Under the pieces are notes generated by a model. It was given only the letters and a program-made list of their open reading frames with translations. It did no database searches and was not told the origin of the DNA. A DNA stretch of 64,000 bases from Minisyncoccota bacterium (lineage in GTDB: Bacteria > Patescibacteriota > Microgenomatia > UBA1400 > PJMF01): positions 6,381-70,380 of the forward strand of contig PJMF01000019.1 of assembly GCA_003173865.1 (NCBI GenBank). The letters run 5' to 3'. Of the stretch, positions 37,400-47,672 are shown one piece after another (within the stretch, counting starts at the first letter, position 1; every line of letters begins with the position of its first letter). A program made the translations under genes and the position numbers.

Positions 37400-37475
37400 G
37401 GTGATATACGGGACTCGAACCCGCGACCTCCGCTTTCACAGAGCGGCGCTCTAAACCAACTGAGCTAATACCACC
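37400..37475 (-). tRNA. tRNA-His(GUG), with encoded G-1
   Basis: G-GTGGTAT...CCGCT-CT-GTG-AA-AGCGG...GGGTTCGAGTCCC...ATATCAC-C. Confidence 0.96.
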
Positions 37476-37551
37476 AAGATGTACCTGGAAAGTAGAAGCT
37501 TATTATAACTTACACTTCAAATATTGTGTTGCTCGATTCGGATGAAATGAG

Positions 37552-38223
37552 TTAAAAAATCAATTTCTGAAACGTAATCCAAATTAACTCAGTTTTTTGC
37601 TCAGATGTGAGCGAGCTCGGAATCTCGATCGTCAAAGACTGGGGAGTTAGACCGCTTAACACAATCCACGTCTCTAATTGACCATCCCGTCCTGGATGAG
37701 AAATATGGTTGTATCCATCCACAAATACGTGCTGCAGTTCCGGATCATTCGGATCATCCAGACCGTTCAGTAATGGAATTCCTAACTGCTGGACTTCGTA
37801 ACGCCAATCTATCACTTTGCTCAGAGGCAGTTGTCTTCCCGTATCATAAACATATGTTTCTGGATAATCCACATCTTCGTGAAAGGAAACCACCAAGTCA
37901 TAAGGTGCGTGTTGGTCGATCGTCTCAACAACTCCATTGTGTTCTGGATCATCTTGCTTTCGACCAAATAAGCGATTGCTATCGTGTCCAGAGTCGTTGA
38001 GTCTTCTCCCGCTTCGCAGTGCTGAGGGACTCATTCGGGGAATAAAGACAATTGAGTCAGAAATGCCTTCAAACTCAAACAAAAAATCTTCCAAAAGGGG
38101 AATAATACTTCCTTCGTCACCGTGTAAACCAGCTGTAATTAAGATACGCCGATCACTTGAAGCAATTTCGCGAATAAAGCAATCAATTCCAGCATGGTGG
38201 ATTTTTTGAAATTTGTTGATCAT
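37552..38223 (-). CDS. M14/succinylglutamate desuccinylase-aspartoacylase family zinc amidohydrolase
   Basis: AGLHGDE, DSNRLF, SFHED, TIEIP. Confidence 0.82.
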   Translation of the reverse strand: MINKFQKIHHAGIDCFIREIASSDRRILITAGLHGDEGSIIPLLEDFLFEFEGISDSIVFIPRMSPSALRSGRRLNDSGHDSNRLFGRKQDDPEHNGVVETIDQHAPYDLVVSFHEDVDYPETYVYDTGRQLPLSKVIDWRYEVQQLGIPLLNGLDDPNDPELQHVFVDGYNHISHPGRDGQLETWIVLSGLTPQSLTIEIPSSLTSEQKTELIWITFQKLIF

Positions 38224-38232
38224 AACAGTTAG

Positions 38233-38306
38233 TGTGCCAGGTGCGACTCGAACGCACGACCTGCGGCTTAGAAGGCAGCTGCTCTATCCAGCTGAGCTAC
38301 TGGCAC
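38233..38306 (-). tRNA. tRNA-Arg(UCU)
   Basis: GTGCCAG...AGCTCAGCTGGATAGAGC...CT-TCT-AA...GTTCGAGT...CTGGCAC-A. Confidence 0.95.
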
Positions 38307-38347
38307 AAGTAAAATCACATCAATTGGGTATTATAAAGCACTCGGCG

Positions 38348-41300
38348 TTACTTCAAATCCTCATCTTCGTTTCTGTACCATGTGTAGTAGACCGCCGGGA
38401 TGAAAAGCAACATAATCGTACTAGAAATCAACAGTCCAGAAATGATCGCACCACCCAAACCGCGCCAAAGAGGATCAGACAGCGTAATAGGTAAAAGCCC
38501 CAAGACTGTACACAGTTTCGTTAAAATAATCGGCTCCAAACGACTTGCTCCTGCGTCGGCAATAGCTTCTTTCAACTTCATTCCTTGACGTTTGTTAATA
38601 TTAATTTTGTCCACGATAAACATCGAGTTCGTCACGACAATACCAAAGAGGGACAGTACACCAATTAATGCAGGAAACGAGAGCGGCGTCCCCGTAATCG
38701 CAAAGAGCAAGAACACACTTGAAACAGCCAGTGGAATCACCATCAACACGATAATTGCTTGACGGAATGATCCGAACTGCACCACCATCGTAATTAAAAT
38801 CAAGATAAACGCGAGGACCATAGCCTGCAAAATCGAGTTGACTGACTTGGCATTTTCCTCGTTCACACCACCGGTTTGCCAGGAGTATCCATTATCCAAG
38901 TGCAAAGAATCGGCGTATTTTTCTAAACCCTTATTTAGCTCAACAGAAGAGTATCCTTTTGTCACAGTCGCGCTCACGGACATCGTGCGATTGCCATTTT
39001 CGCGTGTGATAACCGTTGGATTATATTTGGCTTGAAAACTTCCCAAAGAGAGTAACGGATATGAAGTTCCATTTGGAGAGACCACGTTGAGTTCACCCAA
39101 CTTCTTTGGATCTGGGTAATTTGTATCGACTTTAAACATAATATCTGTTTTGTCAGGTCGCGATTTATCAAAATTAAATGAGTCAAGCGTGAAGCCACTC
39201 GCATACATACGCATCGTCGCACCGATTTGATCGACAGAAATGCCAGTGTCCGCTAATTTTGCATAATCAGGCACAAAAACAAGACGACTCGTACCAGATT
39301 TAATCGATTTCTCGACATTCGTGACACCAGCTTGTTTTTGTAAATAACCCACAATTTGATTGGCATAACCATCTAATCTACTCAAGTCATCACCTTTGAG
39401 TTTGATCTGTAAGTCTGCACCTGCTGGAGGTCCGCCACTTTGTTCAATGACAGAGAGTTTCCCAACAGAATACTGGGCAAACTTATCGCGCAAGTTCTGC
39501 GCAATCGTCATGGACTTCACATTTCGGTCTTCTTTTGGTTTCAAATGCAACGAAAAGAGCACTATACTGTCTGCATTTGCTGAGGCACCAAACCCACCTG
39601 GAGCACCTTGACCCACTTCCATAATGACAAACTCAGTTTCTGGTGTTTGGGCAATTTGGGCGACGAGTTTTTGTGCCTCAACTTCACTTTTTTGAGCTGG
39701 AGTTCCGGCTGGATAATCGACTGTAATATAAATCACGTCTTGATCAGATTTAGGAAAGAACTCTCCAGTCACGAAACCTAACGGCAGTAAGGAAAAACTC
39801 ATGACCGCATACAAAACAATCGCGATAATGACTTTCATGCGAGCGGCTCGACTATTAAGAATGCGTAAAATTAAGTTGTGGTACCACCGGCTAAAACCTT
39901 CTACATCAATCACACCATGATCAGTAAAACGAATCAGCAGCTGTCGACCTCGATTAAGAAATGAACGTTTCGTGATAAAACTTCCAACTCGCTGAGTAAT
40001 GATCGGGAATACGTGATATAGGACGAACAAAAATGCTACATACAGGACTCCAATGAGGGGCAACAAAGGATTCTTGGAAAAAAACATGAACAAAAAAATA
40101 AATGAAACAATCAATAACGCAACTTGAGCTATCATCTTGACTCGGGGTGGGAAGCTCGGTTTCAACAACACAATCATCAACGGCAGTGTAATTAACACCG
40201 CAATAGCAGTTGACGAAATCATCGTAATTGTCACCACAATTGGAATCGGTTTGATAAACTCACCGATAATACCCGTACTTAAAAGGAGCGGTACAAAGGA
40301 CCAAATCGTAGTAATTGTTGTTGACCAAATCGGCACGATCGTATCTCGCCATACGAGTAAACCAGTTTCTTGTGGCGTAAATTTTCCGGTTCCGTAGTAC
40401 GTCGTCATTGCGGAAACAGTCACGATCGTGTCATCAACCAACAAACCCAACGCGAGCAAAAAAGCAAATAACGACAAAAAGTTAATTGTCATGCCAAAAA
40501 ACTGCATGAAGAAAAATGCGCTCAAGAAAGTTAACGGGACGGTAAACGAAGAAATAATCGCTTGACGTAAACCTAAAAACAGAAATAAACAAATGAACAC
40601 CAGAAGAATGGTCGAACGAAATTCGCGTAACAAATCACTAAATTGTTTCGTAATTTTGTCACTCGTATTGATCAGTGTCACGATCTCAAATTGATTGGGA
40701 TACTTTTGTTTGAACTCATCGACAGCAGTCTTGATTTGATTCCCAGCTTCATCAATATTTGAGGAACTCGATTTATAGACATTAAACGTCACGGCACGCT
40801 GGGGTGTTTGCTGTGAAGTAAAAACAAATGAGCGCTGCGCGTCGATTTTAGTGCGTTGTTCAACTTGAGCAATATCAGCTAAGTTCACTGTTTTTCCTTG
40901 GACAGTTAACTTGATGTTTCGAATATCACTTACTTTATCAACACTGGGATCAATGCTGACCGCAAACGTGTTATTGGCATCTTGAACTGAGCCAGCGGGA
41001 TAAGAAGAGAGCGCCTTCTTTAAAGTCTGTGACAAGAGAAGGGGATTCAGACCGAACTGTTGAAGTTTTTCGGCATCCACAGAGACTACAATTTCTTGAT
41101 CATTGAAACCCGATGTAACGACACGATCTACTTTTGAAAGATCAGTGATTTTTTTCTTCAACTCATCAGCAATCGCCATCAACGAACTTTCATCACTCTT
41201 CCCAACAACGGCAAACGTCCAAATTGGCTGATCTTCAAAGTCGAGAGCAGTGACTTTTGGTTTCTTGGAGTTATCTGGCAGATCTGTAAATGAATCGATA

Positions 41301-41698
41301 ATCGACTGCACATCTTTTTTCGCGTTTTCGCGATCTATACTGGAAAGAAACTGCATACTGATAAACGAGACGTTATCTTGTGACGAAGAAGTCATCGTAT
41401 CGAGACCTTTTACAGTACGCAAACTGTTCTCCAGCGGAATCGTCAACAACGACTCAACATCTTGTGGCGAAGCACCCGGGAGCACAGTTGACACTGTCAC
41501 AATGGGGATCTTCACCTCTGGATTAAGACGTTTCGGCAAGTTAATATACGTCACCACACCTAACAAAGTAATCGCAATGGCGAGCAAAATCACAATTCGA
41601 ATGTTTTGAATATACTTCGAGACCACAGTAGTCATCAGTTTGGGATCAAACCGGAGACGATCGAGGTAGGAGAGTGATTGTTCCTGCTTTTTTTTCAT
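38348..41698 (-). CDS. RND efflux permease (AcrB/AcrD/AcrF family)
   Basis: PGASPQDVE, ALGLLVDD, GIVVTNS, RLEPIILT; 12-TM two-repeat layout. Confidence 0.93.
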   Translation of the reverse strand: MKKKQEQSLSYLDRLRFDPKLMTTVVSKYIQNIRIVILLAIAITLLGVVTYINLPKRLNPEVKIPIVTVSTVLPGASPQDVESLLTIPLENSLRTVKGLDTMTSSSQDNVSFISMQFLSSIDRENAKKDVQSIIDSFTDLPDNSKKPKVTALDFEDQPIWTFAVVGKSDESSLMAIADELKKKITDLSKVDRVVTSGFNDQEIVVSVDAEKLQQFGLNPLLLSQTLKKALSSYPAGSVQDANNTFAVSIDPSVDKVSDIRNIKLTVQGKTVNLADIAQVEQRTKIDAQRSFVFTSQQTPQRAVTFNVYKSSSSNIDEAGNQIKTAVDEFKQKYPNQFEIVTLINTSDKITKQFSDLLREFRSTILLVFICLFLFLGLRQAIISSFTVPLTFLSAFFFMQFFGMTINFLSLFAFLLALGLLVDDTIVTVSAMTTYYGTGKFTPQETGLLVWRDTIVPIWSTTITTIWSFVPLLLSTGIIGEFIKPIPIVVTITMISSTAIAVLITLPLMIVLLKPSFPPRVKMIAQVALLIVSFIFLFMFFSKNPLLPLIGVLYVAFLFVLYHVFPIITQRVGSFITKRSFLNRGRQLLIRFTDHGVIDVEGFSRWYHNLILRILNSRAARMKVIIAIVLYAVMSFSLLPLGFVTGEFFPKSDQDVIYITVDYPAGTPAQKSEVEAQKLVAQIAQTPETEFVIMEVGQGAPGGFGASANADSIVLFSLHLKPKEDRNVKSMTIAQNLRDKFAQYSVGKLSVIEQSGGPPAGADLQIKLKGDDLSRLDGYANQIVGYLQKQAGVTNVEKSIKSGTSRLVFVPDYAKLADTGISVDQIGATMRMYASGFTLDSFNFDKSRPDKTDIMFKVDTNYPDPKKLGELNVVSPNGTSYPLLSLGSFQAKYNPTVITRENGNRTMSVSATVTKGYSSVELNKGLEKYADSLHLDNGYSWQTGGVNEENAKSVNSILQAMVLAFILILITMVVQFGSFRQAIIVLMVIPLAVSSVFLLFAITGTPLSFPALIGVLSLFGIVVTNSMFIVDKININKRQGMKLKEAIADAGASRLEPIILTKLCTVLGLLPITLSDPLWRGLGGAIISGLLISSTIMLLFIPAVYYTWYRNEDEDLK

Positions 41699-41726
41699 GG
41701 AAACTCTTCGCTTTATTACTTGAGTG

Positions 41727-43160
41727 TTATGACTTGAAGGCTACTTTTTCTTTTTCAATAACGTTGCGGTCAAGAATGACCTGATCATTCGTTTGAAGAC
41801 CGTCGATCACTTCAACGTACTCACCATACACATTGCCCAGTTTGACTGCACGAGATTTCGCAACGGTATCGTTGCCATCTTTTTCAGCGACAAACACTGA
41901 CGCACTGGTCGGAGTTTGATAAACCGCATCTAACGGAATGAATGGATAGGATGAATTGGCGTAGTTTACTCCTACTGGCACGTCAATTTGAACAAAACTA
42001 TTATTCGAAAGCTCAGCTGCATATGTTTGAGGAATTGGATAAATCACTGAAAATAAACCCCCATCAGTGGGTTCACTAGAAATAGATCGCGGCATGGCTG
42101 CTACTTTCTGGTCATTAATTTTCAAGTAACTTGGCTCTGTCTTCGACAATTGCCCAGCAATTTCCTGAGAAACAAGCAAAACGGCAGTCGCCATATTGAC
42201 GTCGTTACGAATGCTGGCAAGCGGGGTACCTGGTGTCACTGCTTGGCCAACTTTTACGTAAATCCGCTCAATTGTGCCGGCCGAGGGAGCAACTGGGTAC
42301 ATTAATGACTCATTGACTTGATTAATCCGCACATTCAACTCTGCAAGATCGCGATTCAGATCAAGAGTGCGCTCTTGCAAATCGAGCTGCTTCAATGTTA
42401 GGTCACGTTGAGTAATGGCAATTTGAGCAGGTTCCTTCGAGTCATCTGCCAAATATTGATTACTCCGGAGAGCTTGTTTGGCAGCATTAAAACCAGCCAA
42501 AATCTGTGCTTTAAGCTGCTTTGTCTGCAGGAGGGAAGCACTTGCCGTCGCGCCAGGTGTATCCGAGAGGGTATTAATCTGGGCATCCATACTGGCGATA
42601 ATGTCGTTATCTAAGTTAATGAGGGAACTGGTTTCGTCAAATGACTGACGAGTAATTGAGCGAAGCTGACTTGCTTGCGTTTCCCCCAGTTGGGCAATAC
42701 TGCGCTGCTTGTTGAGCATATCTTTTTGATCAGCTAAGTTCTGGTCAAGAAAATTAAAGTTACGTTGGGCGACCTGACGATTCAAACTCGCGATATTGCC
42801 CCCTTGATAGTTTGTCGAAAGATTGAAAAGAGTTACCCCACGCTTGACGTGAGCCCCCTCGGAAAAACGAATTTTTTGGACAATACCACTACTCTGAGCA
42901 ACGAGTTGGATAACACCAGATTTCTCAATTTTGGCTTCCATCTCAATTTGGGGAGTGGATCCAAGGGGAAACACTTGTACAACCTTTGGCGCTGCTTCCG
43001 CCTGGGGGACAGTTGCGGGAGGTTTGCGAAGCTGGTTACCAATCGCGACGATAACGACTAAAAGAATGAGTAGCCCAATAAAACTGCTAAAAGGACGCGC
43101 AGTAACGAATTTTTTGACCTTTTGAGATACCTGAAGAAAGGAGGATTTGATTCTATTCAT
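41727..43160 (-). CDS. RND periplasmic adaptor (membrane fusion protein)
   Basis: N-terminal TM, lipoyl halves (SGIVQKI, APSAGTI), long coiled coil, IPLDAV...VKLG...VEVIDGL. Confidence 0.87.
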   Translation of the reverse strand: MNRIKSSFLQVSQKVKKFVTARPFSSFIGLLILLVVIVAIGNQLRKPPATVPQAEAAPKVVQVFPLGSTPQIEMEAKIEKSGVIQLVAQSSGIVQKIRFSEGAHVKRGVTLFNLSTNYQGGNIASLNRQVAQRNFNFLDQNLADQKDMLNKQRSIAQLGETQASQLRSITRQSFDETSSLINLDNDIIASMDAQINTLSDTPGATASASLLQTKQLKAQILAGFNAAKQALRSNQYLADDSKEPAQIAITQRDLTLKQLDLQERTLDLNRDLAELNVRINQVNESLMYPVAPSAGTIERIYVKVGQAVTPGTPLASIRNDVNMATAVLLVSQEIAGQLSKTEPSYLKINDQKVAAMPRSISSEPTDGGLFSVIYPIPQTYAAELSNNSFVQIDVPVGVNYANSSYPFIPLDAVYQTPTSASVFVAEKDGNDTVAKSRAVKLGNVYGEYVEVIDGLQTNDQVILDRNVIEKEKVAFKS

Positions 43161-43258
43161 GAAGATCTTATTATACCCGAATTCTTGAAATAATTCAAGA
43201 CCCATAATGATATTATTTGAGTCTTTGTATCGAGTGAGAACTGAGCGCTATAATATAG

Positions 43259-44962
43259 ATGATTATGAGAAAAATATCTAGCATGAGAATTCATCGCCAG
43301 CAGGTGTTTTTGGTGTTGATTGGGCTTTTTTTTGTGCTTTTGATCGACTCGGCACTTTTCTTCCATAATATTCAATTAATTATCCGTTCTGACCAAAACT
43401 CAAAAAAAACACAAGCGGCACTCACAAATTTTGACGCTCTTTCCGCTGCATTGAAGGACGAAGAACGCAACCAAAGAAATTACCTGATTACACACAATCC
43501 AGCCTACCTAGCTGACTATACATCCAGTCTCCATAACACAAGCGACCAAATTGCTCAATTAAGTCAGCATTTTACCGATAATCCCGATAAGAAAGCTACT
43601 TTTGACCAGCTTGTTGAAAAAGTAAACTTCCGTACTGAGATGTTAAATCAAGTGCTCAATACCTTTGAGCAAGCCGGCCGTGAAGCCGCATTTCAAAAAA
43701 TCACTCAAGGTGACGGCAAGAAAAGAATGGATTCTGTCACTGTCTTCCTCAACTCGATCAAAGCTGACGAACAGCACGAGCTAGAGATCGAAAACTCACA
43801 ATACGAGGCAAGTATTCAACAAACCGAACTCACGTTCATTGCGCTCTCAGTAGCAGGCCTGCTGCTTTTGATAAGTGCAGCAGTGCTTTTCCGAAACGCA
43901 CTTGCTCAAAAGAGAGAAATTCAGCGAAGAGAAGAAAAGATTGGTGTTTTGATTAACGCGAGTATTATTGGGATCATCGTGGCTGACATGACTGGCAAGA
44001 TTTTGGATGCCAATCAAGCATTCCTTGATATGCTCGGATACACAGAAGCAGAACTTCTGAGTGGTAAAATTTGGTGGCAAACTATCTCAATTGATGAATT
44101 TGAAAAATTGAAAGATGAAAAACGTGAAGAACTACGAAAAAATGGGCAAACCCTGCCTTTCGAACAAGACTACCTTTGTAAAAATGGCAAAGTAATTTCT
44201 ACAATTGTGGGAGCAGCCATGCTCGATACTGTCCGGAATGAAGTTGTGTGCTTCATAATTGATATCACTTCAGTCAAAGAACTCGAAAAAAGAAAACAAG
44301 AGTTTTTAAGTATCGCCAGTCATGAGCTGAAAACACCCCTGACAACTATCCAGGCATACTCTCAGTTACTCGAAAAACAACTCATGAAGATCAATGACCA
44401 AAAATCGCTTTTTTATGCGCAAAAGGTCAGAAACTACGTTCAAAAACTCGCTGGTCTAATTGGGGATTTACTCGATATCTCAAAGATCGACTCAGGGAAA
44501 ATTAATCTGAATATCTCTGCATTTAACTTCGATGAATTTATCACAGAGTGCATCAATAACATCCAACCGACAACTACCAATCACGTTATTTTGCTCAAAG
44601 GCAAGACAGATCAAATCATTCATGGAGATCCTGTGCGTATGGAACAAGTGGTGAACAATCTTTTGATTAACGCCATCAAGTACTCACCCAAAGGGGGAAA
44701 AATTGAGGTCCGCTTGCGCAAAGAGCCCAAGCAAATCGTTTGCTCTATCCGAGATCAAGGAATAGGCATTCCCCCTGGAAAACAAAAGAAAATTTTCGAA
44801 AAATTTTATCGAGCTTCCGAGGTGGATCAAGGGTTTTCTGGTCTTGGTATTGGTCTCTTTCTGGCATCCGATATTATTCAACGCCACTACGGTAAAATTT
44901 GGGTGGAAAGTAAGAAAGGAAAAGGTTCAACGTTCTTCTTTAGCTTGCCTATAGACGAATAA
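43259..44962 (+). CDS. Sensor histidine kinase (CHASE3, PAS, HisKA, HATPase)
   Basis: DEERNQRNYLIT, ANQAFLDMLGY, SHELKTPLT, NLLINAIKYS, DQGIGIP, GLGIGL. Confidence 0.93.
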   Translation: MIMRKISSMRIHRQQVFLVLIGLFFVLLIDSALFFHNIQLIIRSDQNSKKTQAALTNFDALSAALKDEERNQRNYLITHNPAYLADYTSSLHNTSDQIAQLSQHFTDNPDKKATFDQLVEKVNFRTEMLNQVLNTFEQAGREAAFQKITQGDGKKRMDSVTVFLNSIKADEQHELEIENSQYEASIQQTELTFIALSVAGLLLLISAAVLFRNALAQKREIQRREEKIGVLINASIIGIIVADMTGKILDANQAFLDMLGYTEAELLSGKIWWQTISIDEFEKLKDEKREELRKNGQTLPFEQDYLCKNGKVISTIVGAAMLDTVRNEVVCFIIDITSVKELEKRKQEFLSIASHELKTPLTTIQAYSQLLEKQLMKINDQKSLFYAQKVRNYVQKLAGLIGDLLDISKIDSGKINLNISAFNFDEFITECINNIQPTTTNHVILLKGKTDQIIHGDPVRMEQVVNNLLINAIKYSPKGGKIEVRLRKEPKQIVCSIRDQGIGIPPGKQKKIFEKFYRASEVDQGFSGLGIGLFLASDIIQRHYGKIWVESKKGKGSTFFFSLPIDE

Positions 44963-45088
44963 GTATACGAGGCGTAAAATTTACTCAACTCATAAGAATT
45001 TTTTATTTATTTCTTACATTAGCGTGTTTTTTTCTACAATATCTTTTGTTTATTTAATTATTAATTATTTATTACTCATGTTTTGTTT

Positions 45089-46699
45089 ATGAAAAAGAAT
45101 CTTTCTAAAAAACCAATTGTGAATAACGAAGAAGAGTATATTCCAGAGGAATCCACTTCACACACTGATGAAATAGCTGCTGATCATGCCCATGGAGGCC
45201 ACGGCAGTCGTCCCCGTAATCTTGGTGTTTTAGAGGCGTTATTTCACCTCGACGCCGACTGGGGTACATCACTTGCATATATTCTTCCACTTGGCTTAGC
45301 GTTAACTGGTCGCCTCGCACCTGTCTACATGTTGATCATTGCCTTCATTATGTTTTTGGTGGCAAATGGTTACAAGATTGTGTGTCGTCACAACCCAGAT
45401 GGTGGTGGCGTGTATTCTTCTTTAAAGAAAGTAAATAAATTTTTAGCTGTGGTTGGTGCCTTGCTTTTAGTCACCGACTACGTAGTCACCGAAGCATTGA
45501 GTGTTTCCGATGCGTATCACTACTTACACATCGATCAAATCGTTCCTCCAAGTGTAGCTCATGCATTTCCTTCATTTTTGCCAACTAGCTCGTTGTGGAC
45601 GATCTTGATCATTATCTTCCTGACTATTATCAACTGGCGTGGTCCACACTTTAGTGCAAAATTTGCTGGCATTGCTTCAAGTGCCACTTTTTTCTTGGCC
45701 GGTTTACTTGCAGTGTTAGCACTCCCACTCGTTCCCGCTGGTTTAGCAAATATTGGTCACTTTAACCAATCAATTTGGGATATTTTGCGCAACACAACAG
45801 GTGTGCTCTTAGCACTTTCCGGTGTCGAGGCAATCTCAAACATGACGGGTATTATGAAAGATCCAGTGGGCACAAGTCGCCGCGCGATTAACTTAGAGTT
45901 AGTTAAAGTGATTTTCACCACTGTCATTCTTGGTATTGCCATGAATGGCTTGCCAAATAGCGTTGTGTATGAAGGTCACCAAGTCGGTGGCCAATTTGTT
46001 GTTGACACTGCTCAACGCGAAGTGACTGATCTTGGCTGCGTCATGAACGTCGTCAAAGCCAAAGTAGTTGGATCAAACTTTGAGTGTGTGAAACGAACTG
46101 AAAACGTTGCTCGCGCAGACATGCTCGTGGCGATGGGTGAGTATTTAGCCCCCGGAATTATTGGTAAAGGGTATGGCTGGTTAATTGGGGTTGCTTATGG
46201 ACTCTTGCTCATTTTTGCTGGCAACACAGCCTTAATTGACATTACGAACGTCACATACGCCCTCGCACGTGATGAAGAACTGCCTCACGGCTACACCAAA
46301 TTGAATAAAAAATATGGTGTCCCGATTTGGGGTCTTTTCACTGCTTGTTTCATGCCAATCGCAACTGTTCTCGTGGTCGGTTCAAGTATTGAAGCTCTTG
46401 CTGCCTTATACGCAATTGGTGTCGTCGGTGCAGTCACTATGAACTTAGCGGGCACCGCCTTGCAAGTAAAGGGTGGAGAACGAGTCATTGCTGCCGTTGG
46501 TGCATCCGTCATGGCAGTCTTGTTCGTCACTTTAGTGGTCACGAAGATGGAAGCAACGCTCTTTGCTTCAGTGGTGTTAGTACTTGGTTTATCTGCGCGC
46601 GCAATTCAAAAGAAGTTTGCAAGCAATGATAGCAACTCAGCAGGAGACGACCAAACTTCATCAAACTTGGAGTACGCAACAGCTCCAGTCAAAGAGTAA
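45089..46699 (+). CDS. APC-superfamily permease, KimA/YdaO-like
   Basis: DADWGTSLAY, PDGGGVY, DYVVTEALSVS, LSGVEAISN, LARDEELP, LYAIGV. Confidence 0.8.
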   Translation: MKKNLSKKPIVNNEEEYIPEESTSHTDEIAADHAHGGHGSRPRNLGVLEALFHLDADWGTSLAYILPLGLALTGRLAPVYMLIIAFIMFLVANGYKIVCRHNPDGGGVYSSLKKVNKFLAVVGALLLVTDYVVTEALSVSDAYHYLHIDQIVPPSVAHAFPSFLPTSSLWTILIIIFLTIINWRGPHFSAKFAGIASSATFFLAGLLAVLALPLVPAGLANIGHFNQSIWDILRNTTGVLLALSGVEAISNMTGIMKDPVGTSRRAINLELVKVIFTTVILGIAMNGLPNSVVYEGHQVGGQFVVDTAQREVTDLGCVMNVVKAKVVGSNFECVKRTENVARADMLVAMGEYLAPGIIGKGYGWLIGVAYGLLLIFAGNTALIDITNVTYALARDEELPHGYTKLNKKYGVPIWGLFTACFMPIATVLVVGSSIEALAALYAIGVVGAVTMNLAGTALQVKGGERVIAAVGASVMAVLFVTLVVTKMEATLFASVVLVLGLSARAIQKKFASNDSNSAGDDQTSSNLEYATAPVKE

Positions 46700-46706
46700 G
46701 CGAGAA

Positions 46707-47672
46707 CTAGTCAAGATGTTTGCGGTGAAATGCTTTCAAAGCGGCATGAACGATGTGAGGGACATCCATTCCGTACTTGATGAGCAGCTCCTCAGGTTTT
46801 CCTGATTCCCCAAAATGGTCAGGCATACCAACAAACTCAATTGGCACAGGACAGTTTTGAGCTGTGAACTCTGCCACCGTGCTACCTACACCGCCGTACA
46901 TTTGATGTTCTTCAACAGTGACAACAGCCTTTGTCTTATTTAACGAAGTAAGCAACGTCTTTTCATCTAACGGTTTAATTGTGTGGAGATTAATGACTTC
47001 TGCACTGACATTCTTTTTTGCGAGCACTGCTGCCGCTTGTAAAACCTTGCCCAGAAGTGGTCCACTTGCAATAAGAGTCACATCTTTACCTTTTTTCATG
47101 ACCTGAGCTCGACCAACTTCAAATGGTGTGTCACGAGTTGTAATAAGTGGGGAGGGAAAACGAGAAAGGCGAATATACACAGGTCCTACGTATTCAGCTG
47201 AAGCTACAGTAGCCTTTTCTGCTTCAAGCGCATCACACGGATAAATGACCGTGAGATTTGGTAAAACCCGCGTCATCGCAATATCCTCTAAGGCTTGATG
47301 GGTCGCACCATCTTCGCCAACGGTTAAACCGGTGTGCCCACCAATAATTTTGACGTTTGCCTGCGAGTAACACACACTCACTCTGAGTTGATCCCAGCTG
47401 CGGCCAGGGCTAAACACCGCATAACTGGCCACAAATGGCACTTTCCCAGCAAGTGCTAACCCCGCACCGATCCCCATGAGATTCTGCTCTGCCACACCAA
47501 CTTCAATGAAGCGGTCCGGAAATTCTTGTGCGAAAAGGCGAGACCTTGTCGATTCAGCAAGGTCAGCAGTGAGAACTACAACATTCCGATTCTTCCGTCC
47601 TGCTTTGACAACTCCTTCCCCGTAGCCATCTCGCGTTGCTTTGTGTGGTTGTGAAACATTATCCTTCTGCAC
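46707..47672 (-). CDS. Transketolase, C-terminal subunit
   Basis: ADLAESTR, VGVAEQN, GEDGATHQ, TIKPLD, VEEH. Confidence 0.93.
   Translation of the reverse strand: MQKDNVSQPHKATRDGYGEGVVKAGRKNRNVVVLTADLAESTRSRLFAQEFPDRFIEVGVAEQNLMGIGAGLALAGKVPFVASYAVFSPGRSWDQLRVSVCYSQANVKIIGGHTGLTVGEDGATHQALEDIAMTRVLPNLTVIYPCDALEAEKATVASAEYVGPVYIRLSRFPSPLITTRDTPFEVGRAQVMKKGKDVTLIASGPLLGKVLQAAAVLAKKNVSAEVINLHTIKPLDEKTLLTSLNKTKAVVTVEEHQMYGGVGSTVAEFTAQNCPVPIEFVGMPDHFGESGKPEELLIKYGMDVPHIVHAALKAFHRKHLD

Noticed and set aside
44963-45088. c-di-AMP (ydaO) riboswitch upstream of the KimA-like gene
   Set aside because: The region is very AT-rich and lacks the conserved GC-rich aptamer motifs.
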